Shown here piece by piece: positions 1 to 10,080 of a DNA stretch of 64,000 bases. The first letter of the stretch is position 1. Each line of letters begins with the position of its first letter. Origin of the DNA: Chrysemys picta bellii. Its lineage: Eukaryota. The notes beneath the pieces are model-generated. The model did no database searches and was not told where the DNA came from. It was given only the letters and a program-made list of their open reading frames with translations. The translations under genes were made by a program, and so were the position numbers. The stretch covers positions 159,898,001-159,962,000 of the forward strand of contig NC_088792.1 of assembly GCF_011386835.1 (NCBI RefSeq), given 5' to 3'.

Positions 1-991
1 AAAAAAAAAAAAAAAAAGCAGCATTTTAATCTAAATGTTTCATTTTTTGGACAAATTTTCAAAACAAAACTTTTTCACAAAACATTTTCAATTTTTTAAA
101 AACGTTTCATTTCAAAATTGGGGCAGGGGAGAATCTACTTTCTCCCACTGTTATTTTTTCCCTTCTTCAAAAGGGGAAAACTTAAAAAAAGAGAGAGCGA
201 GAGAGAGAAAGTGGGATTTTTCCCACCAAAACAAAATGAAAAAATTCAAAAAAATTCTAACTAATTTTTCTTCCAGCAAAACAAAATAATTTGTGCAAAA
301 CAAAATATATATCTTGTCTTCATGTTTTGTTTTCTGACAGATGTTTACCTTGTTTTGTTTATCGCTACCTGAGCTGCATTGGCAGGACTCAGTCCTTTGC
401 TCTCCAGCTCCGGGCTCCTACAGACAGTGCTCTGTGTGTTGGAATCCTGCCCTCACCTGCCCACACTCCTGCTTGCTCTGTAGCTCTGTGACTCCCTGAC
501 ACTGAAGGGAATTGCAATTTACTCCCAAAAGTGGAACAATCAGTAGACATTAATAACTACTAAATTACAAGTAAATTCCTAGAGCATCTCCTATCACAGC
601 TACATGACGGGTTAACAACATGCTCAGGATTAATATGATTACAATGAATAGCAGGGGAAAGAAGGATGGCTTGTAAATGTCACTTATAACACACTGCTGC
701 CATGGCGCTGCCTGGTGCATGTCTCGGAAGTACTGAGTTATTCTTGGTCCCAAGTGCAGTTTCCACCAACCCGAACACAGTTCTTTGCTTCTTCCGCTCG
801 TTTTTCTGGTGCATTTTCAACAGCATATAATGTCTTCAGACAAGCCCTGTGCAACACTGCACAAAATGACTGTGGATGGGTGGGAGTGTTGTGTTGTGAG
901 TGGTGCGTATATGGAGCGAATGAGATGCAAGTCCCTTAAGCCTGAGCATGGGACATGTGTGCGGAGGGTGTAAGGGAACAAGGCTGCAAAA

Positions 992-1030
<39 letters not shown>
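992..1030. repeat. Compound (GT)n(GA)n microsatellite
   Basis: Direct reading: GT run followed by GA run. Confidence 0.95.
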
Positions 1031-3663
1031 GAGGTGTTTGTGCTGTGTCTGTGGCTGAGTTGTGTGTGTATAACCATGTGAAGTGTGAGTGTATTCTCAC
1101 ATGCATGCATGTGCATGTGGTATGGGCATGAGTTTTGCATGCATAAGTATAGGATGGTGGTGCGAGTGTGGCTGTGGCAAGTGTTACCTGTATGAGGTGT
1201 GTGTGTGTGTGTCTATCCATGTACTTCTGGTGCATGTTGCATGGGAGGGGGTCGGGCTGTGGGTGTGGGTGTGTTTGTATTCTGTACTATCGGATTTTAA
1301 CACTCGCCTTCTCAAGGATTCAATACGTAATGATTTCAGAGTGCCGCAGTACAAACAATCAGCTCTCCCTATTCCCTGGTGCCCTTTTCATCCATGAGTA
1401 GCTGCCAGCTGTAGGAAAGAGACTTTACTTGTTTGATTGCTTCCTCCGCTGGACTGTGTAAGGGATGCTGGGGATGGGGGGTAGGGCTTAAATTCATGCA
1501 GACAATGAGGGGAAGGAACTTCATCACTGGTTCCCGGGCTGGAAGTATTCTAAACCCTCCCCTCCTGTTACATTCAGAATTAGCACCTCCAGGAAGCACA
1601 GACCTTGGAGTCTGTGGCCGTGTCTTTGCTGAAGGCATTCTCTTCCACTTAGTGACACGGATAGCCAGGTTGAAGTGAATGGGAATGTACAGGTAAATCA
1701 GGCAAGCCGGATTTGACCCTGAGTCCGTTTCCTTTTACAGCCGCCTCAGAAAAGCCCTGTCCACAGGGAGACCCTGCACCTATCAGCAAACACTGGGATC
1801 AAACGCAGCTGTGGCTAGCAGGCTTCCAAGCACAGTTTCTCTTGGCCAGTATAGATGGGGACCGAGTCTGAGAATTTAAAGGGAGTGGCGTTTGTGTCAT
1901 AGTTGGCTGCAGGGTTCTCAGACCAAAACCCCTACAGGCTGACATCTGAAGGGGACAGACAAACCTGACATAGGGCTGAATCCTCACACATGGCAAAGGT
2001 GAGCAGCAGGGGGTGGAGGCAAAAGTGGTTCTATGTCATCTTATTGGGCTTGAACTGGACTGTGATGCAAGTTAGAGCGGTCACAAGGCTGCTCTAATTT
2101 ATATCTGCTTGTAAAAGCCTCCCTCTTGCAAAGATAGTCTGGAGCACACTGTATTCTGGCCCTGCCCTATCATGCTCCTTCCTGCCCTATATGCCAAGAG
2201 AAGAGAAGGAGCAGGTTACATCGGCTGTAGCTCACCCAGGAATTTCCCCAAGCTATGGAAATCCCAAGCTTCTCTTTTAAGGCAGCTTTCTGGCTGCTGC
2301 ATGTTGCCTCATCTATGCCACCGGTGCTGGAAGTGGGTCTGAGGATCTGGCCCTTAGTATTGCTCTTTGTCTCTCATGGGGCCCAGACTGAGCCAGGCCA
2401 ATTATGTTTCTTCCCTTTTGTGCCTCACCCTGAGACTTGTGCAGACAACTGTGAAACAGTCCAAGACCCTCTCACCCTGCCAGCTCCGGACCACCCTCTT
2501 CCGACAATCCCACATGGCTCTGGTGCCTTTCTGAAGAGGGCGTTAGTCCACTAGCCCAGTGATTCTCTAGCTGGGATGCCCAGACCAGCCACTGGTGCTC
2601 TGCCTGGCACTTTCTGGGTGGTCTGCTGAGCGGCTTCCATCGGTAATCCTGCCATCCTAGTAGGTGTTAATTATGATCGCCTCAGGCTTCGGTCAGAACT
2701 CCCCTCCTGCTGCCTGCTCTGCCTGTTTGGGCTGCCTGACAGGCACAGAGGTGGGTTAACAAGACCATTTCTTTGTCCGGTGTTTCTTTCATATGTCTCC
2801 GACAGAGATCAGATTTGCTGACGGCTCCAGGCAGGGCAGCCAAACACGCAGTGGGACAGGACTGGCCTCCCAAGTGACCTGAGGAGATGGGCAGGGGGAC
2901 TGCTGGTCACCAAATGAGCATCCCCTGACACCAACCCAGTGCTTTGGCTCCTGCCAGGAAGGGTTTGGAGCCTGGGATGGGATTTTCCCCCGGTCCCAGC
3001 ACCCTGCACGGCCGTGCGACGGAAGTTGCTGCACTCTAGTGCACAGGCACAAGCTGAGCTCAGCACTGAGCAGCAGTAAATGTCAAGCCTCCTGTGTTCT
3101 CTTATTCACAGGCGTAGCAGGGGCAGGGTTGGCTCAGGAGGCTTGAGCTTAAACACAATTCTTTGCATGTGAGTGAGGCTCTTCCCTTCCCACCCACCGA
3201 CCGGGACTCACTCCCGCCTCTAGCTGCAGGAACTTGGCAGGTCTGCAGCAGCGCTTCCATTAACACCGGCCCCTGGGCTCAAGCGTGGAAAGTGCTGAGC
3301 GCCATCCTCTTCTACTCACTTTTGTGGGAGTGGCGGGTGCTCAGCGCCGTGCAGGATTCCCCACTCCCGCTCCTTTCGTGTTATCTTGTGTTTGTACATG
3401 AGGCACTTCATAGCTGGGCTGTGGACCATCAAGCCTCTGGGCCTGACCTAAAGCCCATTGAAGTTAATGGAAAAATTCCCACTGACTGCAATGAGCCTTG
3501 CGTCCGGCCTGCCTATGTCTTTGTATAGCGCCTAGCACAGTAGAACCCTGATATCCGCTATTGCAATATAAATATTAAATAATAATAAATATTAATATTA
3601 ATTGTTCAGTACAAAGCCTCTTATTATATCCCAGAAATATGAGGGGATGGGGGTATTCTAAAG

Positions 3664-3729
3664 GCCACATTTTCAAGGGCTCAGCAACCAAAATACACCC
3701 GAAGTGCTGAGCTCTTCTGAAAATGTGGC
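3664..3729. repeat. Short hairpin (MITE-like) element
   Basis: Perfect 12-bp inverted arms GCCACATTTTCA (3664-3675) / TGAAAATGTGGC (3718-3729), with inner arms GCTCAGCA / TGCTGAGC. Confidence 0.7.
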
Positions 3730-3973
3730 TCTCATTGTGGGTGCTGGTCCCTTGGGAAAATTCTGGCCTCTGGGGTTAACAGTGTGTCTTAGCTCCATGC
3801 TGGACAGACTCGGCTGCAATCACCCCATAATGAACGATGCGCAGCACCCAGAATGCAATGAGGGAAGATGGAACTCTGGAGCTCCTAACAGGTAATAGCA
3901 TTTGAATGTCATTTAAAGTTCGATTTCATTATTTTAATTGTCATTATACAAAATTCCCATTCAGGCCTGATTA

Positions 3974-6502
3974 CACTGCTCTACAGCCAAAATGCTTCTG
4001 AAATAAATGTAGTCAAATTTTACTAATTCTGGGTCACTGAGAACGAAAATGATGCTTAAAATTGTTGATTGGCTCTAGTTTTCAAGATATGCTATTGGGT
4101 CAGTATATACGACCCTTGACTTGGGAATGGCAGAGGATAAGTGAGTTATAAAGGGAAGGGATCTCAATTTAAACCAGAAATTACTAAAACACATCTTTGA
4201 CTGGATCTATGAATAAATCTATGACTGGGTTTGGACAGTACTTGCTTTTTAGGCAAAAGAATGAATGATGCAATCTGAAGCTGGTATTGTGTCATACATG
4301 ATATGAATTGCATCATGTTATTCCTAGAAGTCATGGGTGATGCATACATCACTCTGCTGAACAAATTGCCCTATATCAGCTCTAGAAATCATACAGTGTC
4401 GTGCTCTCTTATTTGTCAGTGTTTAATTTTGCAAAGAGACACATTTCTGTTTAGCCAAAGTGAGCAGAGATGCCTCGTACTTGTGTGAACAGTGCAGATA
4501 ACTTCTGCTATGTTTGTGGTGAAGTGACTTTTGCATCCCAAAAGCGTAGTATAACCACTATGGTTAAGAAAGCCTATCACCTTTATTTTGGCTGCAAAAT
4601 TGGAGATCAGGACAAGAGGTGGGCCCCACACATATGCTGCAACACTTGTGCAACAAATCTTCGCCAGTGGTTGAACAGGGAAAGGAAAACTATGCCTTTT
4701 GCAGTGCCAATGATTTGGAGAGAGCCAACAGATCATACCAGCAATTGTTACTTCTGCATGGTGCCTCCAGTTGGGAAAGGTGTGTCAAAGAAGAAAAAGT
4801 GGACTGTGCATTATCCAAACATTCCATCAGCTATACGCCCAGTACCCCACGGAGAAGGACTGCCGGTTCCTGATGCACCAGAATCATTCTCACTTGAGTC
4901 AGACGAGGAAGAGGAAGAGGATGAAACTTCTGGTCCTGAACCATCAATGTCACAGGACCCACATTTTCTCCCATCCTCCTCCTCTGAACCACATCTCATA
5001 ACACAAGGTGAACTGAATGACCTTGTCAGGGATTTGGAACTACCCAAGAGTAAGGCAGAGCTGTTGGGCTCCAGACTACAGCAGTGGAATCTCCTGGCAG
5101 GTAATGTTAGGGTTTCCATGTTCCGTGACTGTCAAAAGGATCTTGTCCCATTCTTCTTCATGGAAGGTGATCTTGTAGCCTACAACAACATCGATGGTGT
5201 GATGGCAGCCCTCAACATCGTTCACGATCCAGATGAGTGGAGACTGTTCATTGATTCATTGAAGACGAGTCTTAAAGCTGTTTTACTGCATAATGGCAAT
5301 GTTTTGCCATCAATTCCAGTTGATCATGCAGTCCATATGAAGGAAACCTATGACAACATGAAACAACTTTTGAGGTGCATAAACTATGACCAACATCAGT
5401 GGCAGCTTTGTGGCGATTTGAAGGTTGTTGCTCTCTTGCTTGGTCTGCAGACTGGATACACAAAGTACTGCTGTTTTCTCTGCGAATGGGATAGTCGTGC
5501 AAGAGATTCCCACTACATCAAGAAAGATTGGCCACTCCGACAGTCATTGGAGCCTGGGAGGAAAAGTGTTCAGCATCCACCACTTGTTGAATCCAGGAAG
5601 ATTTTGTTACCACCCTTACACATCAAGCTGGGTCTGATGAAGAACTTTGTCAAGGCCATTGACAAAACAGAAGCAGCTTTCAAGTACCTCCGTGGAAAAT
5701 TTCCAAGGTTAAGTGAAGCTAAGATAAAGGAAGGTGTCCTTGTTGGTCCTCAGATTCGTGAACTTCTTCGAGATGATGCATTTGACCATGCACTGCGTGG
5801 CAAGGAAAAGACAGCATGGAAAGCCTTCCAGTTAGTGGCAATAAATGTTCTCGAAAACAAGGCAGACAACTACAGGTTGTTGGTGGAAAACCTTCTCAAG
5901 GCATACAAAAGCCTTGGTTGCAACATGTCACTAAAGATTTTTTGCACTCTCATCTAGATTTTTTTCCACCGAACTGCGGAGCAGTGAGCGACGAGCACGG
6001 CGAGCGATTTCACCAGGACATTGCAACAATGGAGAAATGCTATCAGGGCAAATGGAGCCCATCAATGCTTGCAGATTATTGCTGGACAGTGACAAGAGAT
6101 GCTCCATTTAATGAATACAAGAGACAAGCCAAGAAGCACCGAGTAGACACTGAATAGGACTAAACTATGTACATAATAGTTTTTTGCCTTTTGTTTCATA
6201 ATAAATTTTATTTATATAACCCTTTTGCTGATTTTTAAAGTGTTACATAAACAGGACAGGTGAAATATTATCATGTAAAGCAACCATAAACACATGAAAA
6301 GACCTAGGTTTACAATTTATGATTAAAACTCTACTATCTACACAATATACATAGACATAAAATGTAAAAACTTAAATATCTTAGAAACAGTAGCCAATCA
6401 GTTGTTTTAATTGTCATATTTGAATTCAGCACATCAAAATACATAATAAATAACACATTTTATCTCTGAAGCAGACGACTTCTCAAAAATTGTAGACCAG
6501 TG
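3974..6502 (+). mobile_element. Full-length Chapaev3-like DNA transposon (CMC superfamily)
   Basis: Termini CACTGCTCTACA / TGTAGACCAGTG (11/12 inverted match). TTA on both flanks (3971-3973, 6503-6505). Encodes a Cys-rich N-terminus plus DDE transposase. CAC..GTG ends with a 3-bp TWA TSD fit Chapaev3 as I recall it. Confidence 0.88.
4470..6157 (+). pseudogene. Chapaev3-type transposase, frameshifted near 5938-5941
   Basis: ORF 4470-5957 has FCYVCGE, HICCNTC and CYFC Cys motifs, then FIDS, CGDLK, YCCFLCEWDSR and PLHIKLG. It continues in the -1 frame (FLHSHLDFFP..VSDEHGERFHQD..MLADYCW) to a stop at 6157. AATAAA at 6200-6205. Confidence 0.9.
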
Positions 6503-7828
6503 TTATGTTCTAAGAGAAATCAGATCTTAAATTCCAATCAATCATAATTGAAAGTGTTGTTTCTGTGACATGTAAAGCTGTGCATGAGATGTGATTAAGA
6601 AGACTATTAGTTACTTCTAAAAGTTACCAGGAGATTTAGGAGGGGGCAGGATTAATTCTGAATAATTTACATGGCCAGAGTCATCATGCTGGCAACTAAA
6701 AAGTGTTTTATGGTCCTTGGACAATTCACTTCCTTCCTCAGTTTCCCCACCTGCAACATGGAGGCGAATAGCTCTTGTCACCTTCCTCGCAGGGTGTTAA
6801 TGGTTGCAAAGTGCTTCACTCGTAGGGAGATTTTCAGCCTGTGTCAGTATCTGCAAGATGCAGAAAGATTTGGCCATATGAACAATGGCACATATGGAAC
6901 CTTGTGAAGTGCTCAACCTTTATTGGTCCTGCCAAACCGAAGTCTGAACAATGCTGCATATTCTTGAGTGCCATCTACTGGCACATCTTCTATTAACTAA
7001 GTAACTCCATATATACAGGCACCCGTTATGCTCTGCCTTCTGATTATCATACCGAACAAGCTGTGTCAGTGTTACCTTGCCCTCCCGCAGCCTCCCACTG
7101 CCAATCTGTTTGTTCTATCCACCTGTTTTCTGTCCTCCTCTAGGGCCTGGGGACAGGACTGTGGTTTCATTGCATGCATGTAAAGCAGTGTTCTCAATGA
7201 GGTCCCAATTCCTTCCTGATCTGGGCTTCTGGGTACTACCAAAATACAACTAGCTAAGAAGAAGAGCAAACTGATGGCTTCATTTTGAGCGGCCTTAGAA
7301 AGAGTAACCTTTTCCCAAACAAACCAATTTGCAAAATGACAGAAGCAGGCGGATCAGGCACTAACCTAATAAATCTCTTTCCGAAAACAATGCATTTAAG
7401 AACACAGTTTATTTTTTTCTAATAGAGAAACATCAGATCTGTGGGGAAATAAATGTAATAAACCAAGTTCAATTCCCCACAAACATTTGTTTGCTTATCT
7501 ACGTAAAATCAATATACGTGTTGCAATTATTTCCTTCAATGAATCCCCCAAATTGTGATCCTCTCCTAAGATTTCCTGCTGCATTCAGGTTCAAGACATC
7601 TCTCTTTTTTCCATCTAGATAAATTTGTTTCTTGCATTTTTGAGCTAGTCATTCTTTTTTCTTGAGTGGTTTCATTTCTCCTCTGCTTCCTTTGCAAGGA
7701 AAACATTGCCTTCCTTGGCTTTAATCTCATCAAAAGTAATGTAATTTAATTGCTGCATAACTTTTATCTGCTGCGGAATCCCAGTGACAAATAAATTAGA
7801 ATAAAATAAAGGCAAGTGCTTTGCTTAC

Positions 7829-7851
7829 CATGGACCCTTCTCGCTCTTCAC
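7829..7851 (-). other. Candidate 23-nt exon ending in ATG
   Basis: Minus strand: tttgttatctcag|GTGAAGAGCGAGAAGGGTCCATG|gtaagc, in repeat-free sequence. Splice motifs only. Confidence 0.25.
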
Positions 7852-9149
7852 CTGAGATAACAAATATCCCGCAGTCTGGATTTCCAGCAGGTTAGCTGAG
7901 CTATTAATCTGATTTTTCTTGGTTGTTGTGAGACTCAAGCATTTGTTAGGAGCTTTAATAGCAAATGGATAGTACAGCTGCCATGAGCTTTTAAAATATA
8001 AGCCTCTGTTTTTTAAATATATATTTTATTAAGTTGACTCAGTTAAAGCAGCTTTGTCAGACTCCAGACTATAATTGTTGTTATTTAATGTGTCTCTCTC
8101 CCTCTCTGTCTTTTTATTTCTCAGTCGCTTCCTCCTCCTCTTCCATAATATTTCCCCTTGCCTCCAAGAGGAAGGGTATCTTGTCCTGCTTCAGCATTTC
8201 TTGCACCTTCTCTGAAGCAACTGGCAGTTGGTCTATCATCACAGATTGGAGTTCAATGGGAAGACTTCAATTGACTTCAGTGGGTGATTAGACTCGACCT
8301 CTGGAGCTGGCCACTGGTGGGACAGGACTGGATGATTCACTGCTCTGATGCTGTATGGCTGTTTCTGTGTTTCCAAGTGAAACCATTCTGTTGCAAACCC
8401 AATCACTCCAAACCTCAGGCCAAATCCAACACCCCCATATCATTTGCTTGGCAATTGACTGCTTGTTCCACTGGCTTTGCTGGGGTGTTCATAAAGAATT
8501 GGGTCTAAAACATGCTAGTTTTGCTGTGACCTGATGAGGAATGAACTGTCCAGGCTGTATTATCACTGCGCTATTTAAGTGTTCTGACCTTCTAAAACGT
8601 TGGTATCAGAGAGGGGCTCTGACACAAGGGTGGGGGGGGCCCCACTGCCTCTTATTTCCAACCCTGTGCACCCTAATTCTGCAAGGAGCTGGAAGGGACA
8701 GCTATTTTCTGTTCCATTGTGTAGTGGAAGACTGGAAATTCCCTTATATATTAAAGTATGAAACACAGCTAAATAACTTATAGTTTTGCTGATAATTCGG
8801 AGGCACCTATGGAGATAATATCTGCCCCATTCAATATTCATAAAGTGCTGGTTTTCTATAAATATAGAAATTTGGGTAATTAGCACCAGGGATTATTTAT
8901 TATTTATCTTCCTTCTATTTTTAATGAAGGGGAAAATGTCATTTGTTCATGAAAATTTCAAAGAAACAGAAAATATCTCCGGCTGATAAATCCTGCCCTG
9001 TCCAGACAAATCTAGTCAAACGTGTGCATCTCAAACACTGGCCAGGACGTGGTAAAGGCCTTTGCAGGTGCTTCAGAATCAGGCATAGAGTGTGGCTCTC
9101 CAATGGCTCCCTCTAGTCCCAGGCACCCTGAAATAATATCATCCAATCT

Positions 9150-9320
9150 TACTTATTAAGGGTGAGAAAGTTTGATTAGATATCACCCAGTGCAATCTCT
9201 TCTGGCCTATGAAAGATCATCCCCTACACTATATTCTCTAGGTCTTTCTCCAGCCTAGTTTTAAATATCCCCAATGATGGAGTCTCTTCTACTTCCTTTG
9301 GGAGAATATCCCCCAGAGCC
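9150..9320 (-). mobile_element. Old CR1 3' fragment
   Basis: ccagcctagttttaaatatccccaatgatggagtctcttctacttcctttggga resembles the antisense CR1 3' region. Approximate bounds. Confidence 0.55.
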
Positions 9321-9339
9321 CAGTGACATAGAGCATGCT

Positions 9340-9575
9340 AAGGGAGGCAGTATAGTCTGATGCATAGGAACCTACACTGGGAATGAGAACACTGGATTCT
9401 ACCCCTAGTGTGGCTGCTGCATTACTTCAGTCAAACCACTTCACCTTCACGACCCCTTCTGGCTTTTATTTCTTTAGACTGTAAGGTCTTTGGGGCGGAT
9501 ATTGTGTCTTGCTGTGTGTTTAGTACAACTGAGCGCTGATCTTGCCTGAGATCTCTAGGTGCTACCATAATATAA
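9340..9575 (+). mobile_element. MIR-like CORE-SINE
   Basis: Degenerate head, then the tail ctgtaaggtctttggggc...ggtgctaccataatataaata seen in other copies in the window. Confidence 0.55.
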
Positions 9576-9657
9576 ATACGAATGATAGAATTCACCACCA
9601 AGAGATACTTTTTATTGGTCAACTCATCTTTTGATCTGTTCAGTTTCATCGTGTTAC

Positions 9658-9714
9658 CTCCAGTTATTCCCTCTTGGAGCATCCTGTACATTTCTCTTCA
9701 TTTCTAGTGATGTT
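9658..9714 (-). other. Candidate 57-nt exon
   Basis: Minus strand: ttttcgttcttttacag|AACATC...ACTGGAG|gtaaca. One open frame (TSLEMKRNVQDAPRGNNW), phase 2-2. Confidence 0.2.
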
Positions 9715-10080
9715 CTGTAAAAGAACGAAAATCACAGGGCTTGGCTTTGTTACCATTTACACCAGTTTTACACTCCATTTGGATCTGATTCTCCTTTCAC
9801 ACACAAGTGCAGCTCTTTTGGTCTCAGTAGAATAATTTTTGATTTACACCCATGTGAGACCAGAATCAGACTATTAATATCACTTGAATACCATTATACT
9901 TGTGATACTCAGTTAGGCACTGGAAATATACTGTGGAGCTGTTCATCTCTAGGTCACTGGTACAACTGCAGTTAAGGGCTCAGACCTAGCAGAAGTCAGT
10001 GGAGCTGCAGAGATTTAAAACAGTTGAGGGTCTGGGCCGAGACTTGTAATGGCCCATAGGCACTGATGTCTGGTGGCTTG

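Noticed and set aside
565-753. ORF with a hydrophobic TM-like stretch (FFPLLFIVIILILSMLL)
   Set aside because: TTG start, no convincing splice acceptor and no recognisable family. T-rich DNA readily gives such runs.
2239-2988. NF-kB-like sites (2239-2248, 2979-2988; also 30597-30607)
   Set aside because: GGGRNNYYCC has probability 1/8192 per position per strand at uniform composition, so about 16 are expected in 64 kb.
3006-3064. Cluster of short palindromes (GCACGGCCGTGC, GCTGAGCTCAGC)
   Set aside because: Seen, but with no periodicity or associated feature to support a function.
5934-5947. Programmed -1 frameshift in the transposase
   Set aside because: No in-frame X XXY YYZ heptamer. 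A small deletion explains the missing residues.
6783-6851. Minus-strand 69-nt exon-like segment
   Set aside because: Stops in all three frames and a weak GTGACA donor.
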